Positions 11,901 to 24,266 of a stretch of 64,000 nt of DNA are shown piece after piece. The stretch's first letter is position 1. Each line of letters starts with the position of its first letter. The DNA lies in NCBI GenBank assembly GCA_054600435.1, contig BAAIJX010000013.1:124001-188000 (forward strand). Reading direction: 5' to 3'. The notes beneath the pieces were generated by a model, which saw only the letters and a program-made list of their open reading frames with translations, made no database searches and was not told the DNA's origin. This stretch comes from Neophaeotheca triangularis (taxonomy: Eukaryota). The translations under genes were made by a program, and so were the position numbers.

Positions 11901-14573
11901 CACGAGTACTTTGGTAAAAGTCAATTCATTGACAAAAAGGCCAGGCTCAGGCCGAAGTAGCTGGCCTAATCGCAAGGACGAGCCGTGGAAGCGGACGTCG
12001 TCAGACTCCATTCCTGAAGAAGATACGAAGGGAGCGAGCAGGGCTAGTGGACGTGGGATCGGCGCTGCTCTCGTTGGCGTTGGTAAAATGGGCGGCGCAA
12101 TGGGTGCACCTAGTAGCGCTCCGGGCAACAGTAGCCATTTGTCAAAGAGTTCTACGGCGCCTGACTTACACCAGCCGGGCGCCAGACAGGCGCAAGCCAG
12201 AGCCATGGCAGGCATTGATCTCAACCAGTCTGGCCGCAGCAGCCCCGGCTCGCCTCGCAGCACGATGTCGAAAGGAGGTCAAAGTTTCTTTATTCCAGAG
12301 TATGAAAGAAATGGCATGCCTGCTCTAATGCCAAGGACACATCCTCCTCCAGCGAGGAACCCACCAAATCGCCCGGACCTGTCTTTGAAAATGCCGAGTA
12401 ATTCCGCATTGAACAAGTCAAAGGGTCACGGCGACGTGAGCCCAAACACAGCCGGTCCACGCGAATCGGATCTGTCTCGAGAGGGCAGTCACAGCACCGG
12501 ACCGTCTTTCAACGTTTCGGGCATCAAAGAAGTCGACTTCCGGCCTAGTGAGGCCATGCAGGCCGAGCGAGAAGACGATGACGATGACGATTCGGATGAT
12601 GGGCTTTTCGCTGTTCCACTCGCTAAGAAATCCGCCATGGTATCAAAAGCAGACAGAATACTGGGTCGGGAGCCTCAGCAGAGTACTGGAAGCGAGGGTC
12701 TCGGACAGCGACCTGATTTGATGGTCGATACAGGGGCTAGTAGGGCAAGTGGCCTGTCTCCCCGACTGCCGCCCATTGAGAAGCTAGATGCCAACTTTGG
12801 GTTGATTTCCATGCCACCGACCGCTGCTGGTGGCCATGGGGGCGACCGTCAAGTGCCCCCTTCAGCTGCTAGCACTAGTCATTCTGCTGATTCACCGAAT
12901 GATAGGCGCCTCAGCGTGACATTCGCTAGCGATGTTTGGGCAATGAGACCGCCAGCCGAACAACTCGTAGAGCATCTCGATGAATTCTTCCCGAACGTGG
13001 ACCTTGACCAAGCCATGCCAGAAGAAGACGATGATGCAGAGGGCGGATCTTCCTCTGCTAGCGAACAAGTAGGAAGTAATGTCTCTACCAAGGCCTCGGG
13101 CACGACTCTCTACTCGAGGAGTGTCACGCCGCTCACTAGTGAGGATGAAAGCGCGGATACTCTCGGTAGCAACGAGAGCACATTGAAGAGGGGCGATACC
13201 AGCGTGGCGCAGCGCAACATGAGAAAGAGCGGTGCTTTGGGCCGAACGAAGAGCATCCGTGATGTTGTGAAAGGCGCATATCAAATGCCCGGCTCGCAAA
13301 GCCAACAGCCATCCACATCATTTTCCAGCTCAACCCAAGGAAGTACAGACGCTGCGCCGAAGAACCCGCTAAATCGCATCTCAACCCTGAAGCAAGAAGG
13401 CGGCATCATGCGGCGCAAAAGTACTAAGATGTTTGGTGCTCGCATCGAGCAAATCAAGCCGAATCGGGGCAGCCGTCTCCTCAACAACCTCGACCCCATA
13501 CCGCAAGACCAACTCCCGCCCTCGAGCGTACAGCATGTCAACGCGCTCAGAGCACCCGAGCGGCAGCCCACGTTCAAGTGGATGCGCGGTCAGCTCATTG
13601 GCAAGGGCACGTTCGGTCGCGTGTATTTGGGTATCAACACCACTACTGGAGAGCTGCTTGCTGTCAAGCAAGTCGAAGTCAACCCGAAGCAGTCCAACAC
13701 CGACCCGGCCAAGATTCGCGAAATGGTCAAGGCTCTAGACCAGGAGATCGACACCATGCAGCATCTCGACCATGTCAACATCGTTCAGTATCTCGGATGC
13801 GAGAAGAGGGAGTTCAGTATCTCCATCTTCTTGGAGTACATTTCCGGTGGCAGCGTAGGCTCATGCTTGCGCAAACACGGCAAATTCGAAGAAAGCGTCG
13901 TCTCTTCTCTCACGCGGCAGACGCTTTGCGGTCTGGCCTACCTCCACCGTGAAGGGATCTTGCACCGAGACCTCAAAGCCGACAATATCTTGCTAGATGT
14001 CGATGGTACTTGCAAAATCTCCGACTTCGGCATCAGCAAACGCAGCACTAACCCGTACAATAATGACACAACGAACAGCATGCAAGGCTCGGTTTTTTGG
14101 ATGGCCCCGGAGGTGATTCGCGCGCAATCACAAGCCGCGCAGACACAAGCACATACCGGTGCCCCTGGTTCTTCTGGTAATGATGTTGGTAACCAAGGCT
14201 ACAGTGCCAAGGTAGACATTTGGTCGCTTGGATGCGTCGTGCTCGAGATGTTTGCTGGACGAAGGCCCTGGAGCAAGGAAGAAACCATTGGGGCAATCTA
14301 CAAGTTGGGGAGTTTAAATCAAGCGCCACCGATTCCAGACGACGTTAGTGATGTTGTCGGGCCGGCTGCCATCAGCTTCATGCTGGACTGCTTCACAATG
14401 TGAGTATTTTATCCCCCTCGTTCACTCGTTGCTTCGAGGGCTAACTGAGCGAAAGCGATCCGATGGATCGACCGACTGCTGAGACTCTTCTGCGCGCGCC
14501 CTTCTGCTTTTCTGACCCACACTACAACTTCCTGGACACCGAGCTCTATGCGAAGATTCGCCCGTCGTTTTAG
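8920..14573 (+). CDS. BCK1: Cell-wall-integrity MAP kinase kinase kinase; exons 8920-14399, 14456-14573
   Basis: C-terminal STE11-family kinase (GKGTFGRV, AVKQV, HRDLKADN, DFG, GSVFWMAPE) and an N-terminal SAM-like segment. Intron GTGAGT..CTAAC..AAG at 14400-14455 restores the DP-x-x-RPTA..YNFLDTELYAKIR ending. Confidence 0.93.
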
Positions 14574-14859
14574 GGCACTGCCTGTGTACGCCCAGCTGGG
14601 TACCGTTTGTGGTGTGTGCTTTGCGCTAGATGCCTGTTCGTTCGTTGGCTTTGAGGCGCGTAAATCCACAGACCTGCTCGCTTGGACAGGACAGGTGTAA
14701 TAAAGCAACGGGCGGCTTTCAACTGTGACGTTCGCTTTGGACTTGTTTCGAATACTTGTGTTTCTTGGCTAAGTGCACTTTTTCAACGGCGCCTCCTGCA
14801 AACATGTGCAAATGCATCTCGCAACACCATCATCTATCAGTAGACAGGTCCCTACCAGC

Positions 14860-15373
14860 TCACATCTTGGACCTAATTTCCTCGCACAACTTCTGCAGCT
14901 GCTCTTTGTTGCCGCTCTGCTGCGGCCAACCAATGCCCAGACCCTCCTGCTCGTTCGGCTTGGGGATCATGTGGAAGTGGACGTGATCGACGACCTGGTG
15001 CGCGAGCCTGCCGTTGTTCTGCAGAATGTTGTAATTTTCAGCGCCGGACGCGGCGGCGAGCTTCTTCGCAACGGGCAACAGCTCGGTGAGCGAGTCGTCG
15101 GGGATGTCGGTGAGCTTGGCACCGTGGTGTTTGGGGATGACGAGGGCGTGGCCGTAGGACAGCGGGTTGATGTCGAGAAAGGCAAAGGTGTGGGCCGAGT
15201 CGTAGAGTTTCATCGACGGTATCTCGCCTGGACGTCCATCAAGGTGGTGTCAGCGCTGCCTGAGCTAGGTGGGTGGGTTGGGTTGGAGGAGCAGCTCAGG
15301 CTTCTTTGCCTGGAGCTTGCTTGCTTGCTTGCTTGCCTTTGATGATTTTGCAAAAGACACAGGCGGCCGACAT
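14860..15373 (-). CDS. HNT1: HIT family nucleotide hydrolase; exons 15373-15337, 15227-14860
   Basis: MSAACVFCKIIK|GEIPSMKL, FLDINPLS-x-GH-x-LVIPK, HVHFH triad. Joining the exons needs a GC-AG intron at 15336-15228. Confidence 0.93.
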
Positions 15374-16814
15374 GGTGAATCTCTGTGTGTTTACTCGGGT
15401 GTAGGGTATGGAATTGGTTCAGATAGGAGGTGGTGGTTGTACGTACAACAATCCATAGTCTAGGTACCTACCGTACCTTATGCTCAGCCCACCTGGGTAT
15501 GGTACAGTAGCTTATGGATACATTACCCCACCCCACGTGACGATTCGAACGGTTTTATTATCTCCTAGCGTGAACTCTGTGCCAACCTCACGCCTCCCTC
15601 GATCACGTGCTCGATTTTCCCTCCCACGCAGCTTCACCCACAGAACACACTGTTACAGTACAGTACCGTACCGTACCGTACAGTAAGTTACAGTCAGTTG
15701 TCTTCCCGTTCCCCTTTTCTCTCGACTGCAACCATACCTACGTACACCCTTTCCCGGACTTCCCCTCCTGCCCAGTCTTTCCATGTGACACCTCAGTACC
15801 GTAAGTGTTTAGTGTACCAACATCGACCGACGCCGGTTCTGATCTGCGTGCCAGGGGGTCTAGTTCCCCCCTCGCCCACATTAAACGATCACGTGACCCT
15901 ACGCAGAAGTTCTTGACGTGATCTAGCCGTGCGGTCGCACAGCATATGTTCCAGATACAAGTCGCTGCGGCTGGCACGCTCTGAGAGTTGTGCACGCAAA
16001 CTCCTGCTGGCCACTCATACTCCTGCGCTTCTTGCTCTCCGAATTCCGGCGCCGCCATTTTATCCTACGCTACGGCTATTTTCATGGATGATGAGGTATC
16101 TCTTGTGACTAGTCGTTTCCTCAGGATCGGTCTCTTCCTCTTGGACCATCTGCAGACGAGTACGTCGACCGCGCCACAATGTCCTTCGACGATGCAGGCT
16201 CCTTCGCTTCACTCAAGACCTGCCAATGCACGAAAGTGCTTGTAATTGGTGAGCTGCAGTCTTGCAGAAAGCTCGCCTTAAGCCATTTCATTTTCCTGGG
16301 AATCGATACCATCCACTGGGAATCGATACGCCTTCGTAGTGTGCGAGTTTGCTGCATGTCTACCAGGGCTAGGTCGACGCATCGATTGTATCCCGCATCG
16401 ATTGCATCCCGCCGAGGCATACCAACGACGCTTGCTTTCAAGACGCCTGGGTCTCTGATCGTTCCCAGGTTGCGGCTACGCATGGTGCTATCGATCCCAA
16501 GTGCCGCTTGCTACCTCTGGATGGGGCGTGCAGGAGTTCCCGTGTTTCTCTTTGAAAGTGGGTGAGTGCCTTTCGAGGCTGGCGGTCGGTCAAGTCTACT
16601 ATAAAGATGTTGGTCACACCATCAATACGCTCTATACCCTCCTAGCAGGCTTCCCTTCCTTCTGAACTGCCCAGTCATACTTCTCACGTCTCTCGTTCAC
16701 CAAGATCACGCCTACCCTGATGCGCCTGCAGGAACCCGTAACTCTCTTCGTGCTCCAAAGCGTGTGAAGTTTGATCGTGGGTCGACCTGATCGTCACTGA
16801 ACTGCAGAGCAGTC

Positions 16815-18135
16815 ATGTCTGGAGGCACACTCACGTCCCGAACGCACAACGTCGGCGCTTATTTCTTCTACATCGAAAATGTGGGTTCGGGCTGTTTTCC
16901 TGCTACTCAACCTGGCTAATCAATCCATCAGCTCCCGAAGCGATACACATGGCAGCACTTGAAGGATCTCATCCGCAAGGAGGCTTCGCATGGCATCTGG
17001 ACGGAGATGACATTCTACTCGAACGGACAACCGGGATCGACAGGTTGGGCGAGAGTGCAACGGACCGACGAAGCTAGGAAGCTTTACAGCAAGTTGTCAG
17101 GTAGTCCTGCCGTCATCACGTACTGACCAGACACAACAGATTATCTGACCGCGGGAATGGTCGAAGGACGGCGTCTGAGAGTTCATCTCTGGGATTGCAG
17201 CCAAAGCGCTCCCAAAGTAATGCAGTGCAATTGCGATGAATCTAGTCTGCATGGTCCCCAGGGTGCAGAAGTTTCTCGCATGGCGAGCGAGACCTCGTGG
17301 CAGACCATGGCATCAGCAATGCCCACCTCAACAGCATCGCCCGTTTCGTCGCCAGCCTCTCCCACGTACCCCAGCCTCCCCGCTCCGCAATACGCTCCCA
17401 TGCCCGCTGCAATACCGCCTCCGAATCAAAATCAACAGATCCTGACCGCCGCATGCGACATACTCAGACGTCTTTACGTCAACCGGGGCGATCAAGCCGC
17501 GATAGCTGCGTGGCAAAGCTTCCGTACCAACTATCCTCAACAGGCACTCCAAGCCCAGCAAGCCCTGTCAGCACAATTGGCCCCTACCAATACGCCGCAG
17601 CAAAATCCCTACCAGAGCCCAATGTACATGTCAGCTGCCAACGGGACGCCCGTCAACGTGAGTAGGGGGGCTGTGCGCACCGAGTATCGAGGTATCTTCG
17701 TTAGCGGCCTCAACTACAAAGCTCACCGGAAAGACGTCGAAGCATACTTTGGCCGCGCCGGTCGCATCACTGCACTGGAAGTGCAGAAAGACCCGACGAC
17801 GGGCAAGTCCAAAGGCAACGCGACAGTTCAATACTCTTCCGCTGAAGAGGCATCCAAGGCGGTTCGCGATTTCCATGGCACCTCGTTTATGAAGATGCGC
17901 CTCAACGTACGAATGGACACGGAAGCCACGGCGGTCTCTACTCCTTCAAATGGCGCGCTTCGCGCTCAGATGCAGAAGAAGGCGACAGCGGAGCCTCTAA
18001 TTGTCAACGGCTCTAGTACGAACCAGGTATGTCGTTGGACACACATGGTACTTCAACGTTCAGGGTCGCTAACCCATGCAGTCGGGAACGGGCTCTCGCC
18101 GCAAAGATAGTGTTGTCTCTGGGAGCGTATGCTAG
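16815..18135 (+). CDS. RNA-binding protein with two RRM domains; exons 16815-16880, 16932-17088, 17140-18026, 18082-18135
   Basis: RRM1 (FYIENLP..TWQHLKDLIR..GWARV) and RRM2 (IFVSGL, SKGNATVQY). Three introns with branch sites; TATAAA near 16600. Confidence 0.75.
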
Positions 18136-20260
18136 ATTTGGGGGGTAAGGAAGGTATCGAACTCATCATTTGCCACGGGAGATTGGCGCCAGGGTGTAAT
18201 GGGAAGGGGACCAACAGCAGTGCTACCAATCAAGGAACGAAGTTCGCCACAAAGCTACCTCGGTACCCACTTTCTTCACGCTTGTGCTGCAAGTAACGCG
18301 TGGAGTGACCTCGTGGGTGCAACGTCTGGTTGCTCGGGTGCTTGGGGGCTGCCCGGTGCGCAGGGTGGTCTTATCTATGCCAATGGTAACACCGCAGCAG
18401 CCCAACCCCGCGCTTTCTGGCACAGATCGCGTATGAAAGTCTCGCGATCCTGTGGCACAGCGCTTACAGTAGCGCACAAGCCGAATCCAGACATGTACTT
18501 GACGTGCGTTCTCAAAGACTCTATTGCGTAAATCCACGCCCCGATTTGATTGTAGCGCTCGTTGACGACAGCGCGCAGAATGGTCGCTTCTGGCCAGCGT
18601 TGTCCGGTAGACCCTTGAGCATTCAGGAAACTTGGTCCAAGTCTGCTAATGGCCGACTCGACCCAACTACCTGGCTGCCGGGACGGTCGAGTCTGCAGGG
18701 CGCTGGGTGTCTGGGGAATGAACACTGGCGATCTGTAACACTGTGCACAGTCGCCGCTTTCAGTCTCGGCTCGCCGACTTCCGGTGAGCTCTGCTAGATG
18801 TCTTGCATGGCTAGTGGTTCCTTGAGCGTTGAGGCTTGAAGAGCTCTTCGGTAAGAACTGCAAATCCCGCATGTGCTGTCACCTGGCAGAGAAGATCGAG
18901 GCTATTCTATTCTTTGCTCGCCGTCTTCGCTAGTGTTCTGGGTTCATAGGAAGACGAGTTCGAGCCGAGACCAAATCACCGGAGTCTTTTCAAGTGCACC
19001 CAACCCCTTGTTGACTAGAGTTCCAAGCCTTCAGCTTCATCCATGGCCCCTGCTCGAATCAATCAACCTTCCATCAGCGCCCTCGCCTTCGGACTTCCAA
19101 GAGCTCCCTTACCCTCAATCACACCAAGGTGATGAACGATTGGCATGTGACCTGGGCGTTGGTGCCAAAGACTACTGCCGGAGCCAAAAAGAACAAAAAA
19201 AATTCAAAGAGAGGAAGCTGTCACTGCAAGCGTGACAAACTTCTGCTAGTTTCGCGGAGGAGGAACCCAATATCACGGCACGTAAGCACCTTGGAACTCG
19301 CACGACAATTAGGCATTGGCGAATGAGAAGAGTATCTTTTGCAGCCAACGCTCGCTGATTCTGGCAGACTTGCGACCGAAAATTTTCATGGCTGACGGGA
19401 AGTTGTATTGAAGCTTGAACGAATCTGACGTTTCTTCCGGAATCGCGACTACCTTGACTTGATTTGGTACCTGATACACCGAAACTTCCCCGTCGTCCAT
19501 CACAGGGCGACTGGATTCGGGCGCAAAGAGGCTGTCGTCAAGACGGACGCGCAAGGTCGACAGGTCCTCATGCACGCACGCCATGCAAGAGTGAAGACCG
19601 CAAGTACGAGGTGCAGTCTTCACGGCTGCAGGGACACGGCCTTCACGGCTGCTAGCATTTGTACCCACAACATTAGTGAAACCAGGGTTTGCAGCACATG
19701 AGCGGGATGGGATGACCTTCCTCGGGGCTGGCTCCGACAGCAGTCTTTCCGAAGTCACACGACATGGATACAAAGTACGCTTCGCAGCCGAGTAATGAAG
19801 CGCTCGTGGGCTTGTGTGTGCAGGTACTGTACCGTAGTTCAGTACTGAATCGATGAGGAAGCCTATCACGACTGCTCTGGGTCGCTTTCGAGTGCCACGC
19901 GTGAAGGTACGTCCAGCTTACGGTACGGCGAGATGGCCATCGCCGGCGGTTTCGAGCTCCAGTGGTGTGAGTGATTAATTTGCGTAAAGTTTTGCGCGAG
20001 GCTGGCTGAGGTCAAGTCGACGGTTTTTGCATGCTAGGGGCTTATGAAAGCGCGTACGTAGTCAATGCGGTTGGGAGCGCTCGGTCCAGAGCATGTAAGT
20101 AAAGAAATCGATACGTCGTAACCATGTCATTGGTACGAAGGGTGTGGCGTGTGCATGTTTACACAGGACGGTAATCAGGCTGTTGGCGCTGCCTCGTTCT
20201 GACGATGCGGATGCACAGTCTCAGGCATTGAAGATCGAAGCTTCAGAGTAGATCCTATCG

Positions 20261-22516
20261 CTACTCCACGCCCGCATCCGCACCCTCCTCTCCACCGCTG
20301 CCCCTGCCCTTGAGCACCTCTTCCACCCACTTCACCTGCACGGCCGAGACCCCCCTTGCCCAAGCTTTGGTTGTGTACACGAACTCTGTATACACGATAG
20401 CCTCGACTTTCCGTCCAAACATCACACTACTGGGATGAATAGCCACGGTGTGCGCTCCCTGCAGCGTCTTGTATGACCCGTCTTTCTGCAAAAGCGCCAA
20501 ATTGCTCGGGTGCGAAGTAATGAGACACTGCAGGACTGCAGCAGCTTTCGCTTCGCTCGGCAGAGCTTCTGAAGACGCCGAAGACGATGTCTCGACAGAA
20601 AGTAGTTTGCTACTCTTGCAGAGCTGAGTAAGTTGCTTGCGCACATCCATGACAGCGCGCATGGCGCGATGAGAAACCATATGTCGCTCGCACCAGCTGC
20701 GGCGGTCCGTCTGCTCGGCCGCATAAGCTCGCACGGCCGCCAGAAGCGTCAGGTGGTCGCCTTCGCGTCTGAATAGGCCTCGTCGAGCTTCCTCGGCTTT
20801 TTCACGTCCTTCTTCGCTCTCGGGGTTCAAGAAGATGGTTTCGACTGATAGGCAGGCTACGACATCAACGACCTCGTCCAGACAGTCGCGCGATGGCAGG
20901 GCAGCTTCCACAACGCAGCGGGCCAGGGTGGGCGTAAGAGGCAGCCGTGCCATTTTCTTTCCCAAAGAGGTAATCTGGCCGGAATCGTTGATGGCGTTGA
21001 GTTGGTGGAGCTGGAGGAGGGCCTTTTCCATGGCTTCTTGCGGTGGGGCCGTAAGGAAAGGGAAGCTCATGGCATCCGTGGCGCCTTTTTGCGAGCGGAT
21101 CAAAATTGAGAGGATGGCGGCACTGAGGTCGCAGCGCAAAATTTCGGGTTTGGTGGCTTTTTCTAATTCTTCGTAACCTGACTCTGTATACAAGCGATAG
21201 CAGATTCCAGGGGCTTCGCGACCGGCACGACCTTTGCGCTGGTCTGCGGAGGATTTGGATATTGGTTTTGCGAGCAGTGCTTCGAGGGAGAGGCGACTGT
21301 GGAAGTGTTTTGTCTTGGCTTTGCCCGTATCTACAACGTATTTGATGCCTGGCACAGTGACAGAGGTCTCGGCGATGTTGGTCGAAAGAATTACTTTACG
21401 AGTGCGGCGAGGCGGTGGTTGGAAGATGAGCTGTTGGGCGTGCTGGGGCAGTGCTGCGAACAGTGGGAGGACCTGGAGCGCCGGGATGGAACTATCGAGT
21501 TGGGAGGCGTACTCTTCCACAAGCTTTTGAAGGTTCTGTATACTTTCTTGGCCTGTGAGGAAGACCAGGATATCACCAGGTAGCGGCTCGGATCGATGTA
21601 TTTGAAAAATGCGTAGCAGAGCCGCTTCGTAGACGTCTTCTGTTGGCTGTGACAAGTATACGGACTTCACTGGATACTGTCGTCCCTCCACGTGAAGCAA
21701 TGCCACTCCGCCAGCCGTAGAAGGTTCCTTTGTGATTTGTTCGTCCTCAGATATCCCGTTCCAAGATGCTTCGGACTTGGTATCATCCTTTTCCGTCTCC
21801 CCTTCCATAGCAACACTCTTGACACCATTGCTCTCGAAGAAAGTCCTCAAGCCCTCCACATCAGCCGTGGCACTCATCACCACAACCTTCAGTTTGCCTG
21901 CCTTTCCTGCTCTGCTCTTGCCGACCAACCGTTTCAGGAAGCCGAGTATCAAATCCACATTAACGCTCCTCTCGTGTACTTCATCAACCACCACAACACT
22001 ATAAGCCTCCAACTCCCCAGCACCCCTTACCAAATCCATGAGCAGCATTCCTTCCGTCAAGTATTTGATCCTATTCCCTTTTCCAACATTCTCATCGAAA
22101 CGCACGCTGTAACCCACCTTGCTTGCCGGAGAAGAAGCACCTAGTGGTGTGCCAAGTTCCTCTGCTACTCTCCGTGCCAGCGATATGGCTGCCACGCGGC
22201 GCGGCTGGGTTACTGCAATCATGCCATTGCGGGCATATGGCGCGTTGAGGAGGAACTGCGGCAGTTGTGTCGACTTTCCGGAACCAGTCTCACCGGAGAG
22301 AATGAGGACGTCATTGTCTTGCAAAGCGCTCACGATATCGGCTTGGCGCTGGTATATGGGTAGAGTCTTCCTGGTTGAGAGGAGGCGGGCAGCATGCTGT
22401 GCCAGAGAATTCTTCGATGCTGGTGCTACGGGCGCATTTGTGCGCTGCTTCTTCGAAATCACGCCTTGCGCATGCTGTTCTTCTGTAGCGTCATGTTTCC
22501 TCTTTGATTGACCCAT
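20261..22516 (-). CDS. DHR2: DEAH-box RNA helicase (Dhr2/DHX33-like, rRNA processing)
   Basis: GETGSGKSTQ, TQPRRVAA, GYSVRFD, DEVHER, SAT, STNIAETS and QRKGRAGR motifs, plus HA2/OB regions. First ATG at 22516 (MGQSKRK). Confidence 0.88.
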   Translation of the reverse strand: MGQSKRKHDATEEQHAQGVISKKQRTNAPVAPASKNSLAQHAARLLSTRKTLPIYQRQADIVSALQDNDVLILSGETGSGKSTQLPQFLLNAPYARNGMIAVTQPRRVAAISLARRVAEELGTPLGASSPASKVGYSVRFDENVGKGNRIKYLTEGMLLMDLVRGAGELEAYSVVVVDEVHERSVNVDLILGFLKRLVGKSRAGKAGKLKVVVMSATADVEGLRTFFESNGVKSVAMEGETEKDDTKSEASWNGISEDEQITKEPSTAGGVALLHVEGRQYPVKSVYLSQPTEDVYEAALLRIFQIHRSEPLPGDILVFLTGQESIQNLQKLVEEYASQLDSSIPALQVLPLFAALPQHAQQLIFQPPPRRTRKVILSTNIAETSVTVPGIKYVVDTGKAKTKHFHSRLSLEALLAKPISKSSADQRKGRAGREAPGICYRLYTESGYEELEKATKPEILRCDLSAAILSILIRSQKGATDAMSFPFLTAPPQEAMEKALLQLHQLNAINDSGQITSLGKKMARLPLTPTLARCVVEAALPSRDCLDEVVDVVACLSVETIFLNPESEEGREKAEEARRGLFRREGDHLTLLAAVRAYAAEQTDRRSWCERHMVSHRAMRAVMDVRKQLTQLCKSSKLLSVETSSSASSEALPSEAKAAAVLQCLITSHPSNLALLQKDGSYKTLQGAHTVAIHPSSVMFGRKVEAIVYTEFVYTTKAWARGVSAVQVKWVEEVLKGRGSGGEEGADAGVE

Positions 22517-22904
22517 GGCGACGGTTGCCGTTGCGAGTCGAAGGGTGCTCGTCCTGGATAAAAATTTTGGCTTGGGCAACAACAGGCACTTTTGCGCCGG
22601 AGCTTCTGGTGCCTGGTTGACGGCTTCCCAGATATTAGCCGGCACTCTTTTTTACGGCAAGGTAAATGCTGGCCCAATACCGAGCGCTTCAAGATGATGT
22701 TAGAAAGGGTAGGAGGCTCTTCGCGGGCCTGATTGAAATGTACGATATGTCGCCAGCTTATCGATAAGAAGCTCGAGTATACATAGAGCTTCGGCATCTC
22801 GACCAACATGACTTCCGTTTTGGGACGACAACCTTGCTGATTGGAAACTTGAGGTTTGAAAGCTCGATTGAGGCCAGACAGACACGAATAGCAAAGACAA
22901 CATC

Positions 22905-24266
22905 ATGGCTGAACAGTCGAGCTACGTCAATTACGAAGCCATCCTCTCTCCCTCATTCTCCCCTGCGACCCACGCCAACTCGCTCGTACTAAGCACAAAC
23001 AATGCCAGCGACACGCCCCTCGACCTCTCCACACCTCTGTCGAAAGTCCTCTTCGACGTTCAGGAAATCGACACCCACATTGACAGCTTGACGACTTCCG
23101 CGGCCCTTCCACTCATCACCCAGACTCAACAGCAAAGCCAGGCGAGTCAGCATGTGCTGTCCGAAGTCGAGACCCAGGTCGAGAGTCTTACCGAGAGCTA
23201 TAAGCGGTTGGAGGAGGAGGTGGTAGAGAGGTATGAGGCTGCTGAGCAGGTCCGTCTCGTCGCCGACAGGCTGGTGCAGACTGTCCGCTTGGCGAGGAGT
23301 ATGCAGCGATCGCTTCAACTCGGACGCCAGCTTGAGGCGCAGATGGCTGAAGTCGGGGGAGAGCGTACGAGAGGTGGCTACAAGAGCATGATGCCGGCAA
23401 CCCATACTTCTTTGGCTCTGGCGAAGCTATTTGCTGCCTCTGGCAAAGGAGAGGAGGGCGAGGGGCTGGACAGGATCAACGTACTGCAAACGCTGCGACA
23501 GGACATAGCTCTGCCCGCTCAGAAGACTCTAATAGCTAGAGCGCAACAAGGCGTACGAGAGTTCAGCATGAGCTCGCTCGCTTCTCCGTCGAGCAATTCT
23601 CATGAAGGTTCGGGAGGTGGACCGACATACGCGCAGACGGAAGAGACGAAGAACAGAACTACGAGCGCACTACAAGCACTATACTTGCTCTCGCCTACAA
23701 AACCCTCGACTGCCACAGCTGCTACGTTCGAGCCCACACTCCTCATATCAGCTCTGCAAACCTACCTGCAGACAGCCTTGACCTCGAGTTTAGCAAGCCT
23801 GTCCCGCGCGCTCGCAACGCTGCCACAACTAAACACAACGCTGATCGAGATCTCAGCCCGATGCCAGAATATCGTGGCTCTCGAGGCTCTACTAACTACA
23901 GTAAAGGCGCCCGAGCACCCTCTTCTCCAACCCGCAGCCTCTAACACCGAACCTGAGGACTTTCTCCAGCCCTTGCTACGCCATCTCGATACGTCTTCGC
24001 TGCCTTCATACTTCTGGCGCACGCTGGCGTCTCAGCTATCGCCGCGCGTCGCCGAGATTCTCAACCGAGGCGGAGTCAGTGCGCGCACGCTGCGAACCAA
24101 CCGCGACGGCGTGAGAGATAGGATCAGAGAGTGCGTGGACAGGGGTAGCAGGATACCCGTTAGCGGCATTGGCAAGGGTGCTTTGAGTAAAGAGGGCAAA
24201 GTCGGAGGATGGGAGAGAGAGGCTGCTGTCATGGTAGGAGCTGTCATCGGACACTTGGGACGTTGA
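22905..24266 (+). CDS. COG5: Conserved oligomeric Golgi complex subunit 5
   Basis: Fungal Cog5 signature (SYVNYEAILSPSFSP..NN-x-x-DTPLDLSTPLSKVLFDVQEIDTHI; LPSYFWR; WEREAAVMV). Confidence 0.88.
   Translation: MAEQSSYVNYEAILSPSFSPATHANSLVLSTNNASDTPLDLSTPLSKVLFDVQEIDTHIDSLTTSAALPLITQTQQQSQASQHVLSEVETQVESLTESYKRLEEEVVERYEAAEQVRLVADRLVQTVRLARSMQRSLQLGRQLEAQMAEVGGERTRGGYKSMMPATHTSLALAKLFAASGKGEEGEGLDRINVLQTLRQDIALPAQKTLIARAQQGVREFSMSSLASPSSNSHEGSGGGPTYAQTEETKNRTTSALQALYLLSPTKPSTATAATFEPTLLISALQTYLQTALTSSLASLSRALATLPQLNTTLIEISARCQNIVALEALLTTVKAPEHPLLQPAASNTEPEDFLQPLLRHLDTSSLPSYFWRTLASQLSPRVAEILNRGGVSARTLRTNRDGVRDRIRECVDRGSRIPVSGIGKGALSKEGKVGGWEREAAVMVGAVIGHLGR

Noticed and set aside
15683..15906. 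GTAAGT donors suggesting a 4-nt micro-exon in a non-coding leader
   Set aside because: Branch sites are weak and the region is rich in GTACC repeats, so it is unsupported without RNA data.
18199..19869. Several 100-186 aa ORFs between the RRM gene and DHR2
   Set aside because: No motifs, mostly non-ATG starts and no coherent exon model. A degraded gene cannot be excluded.
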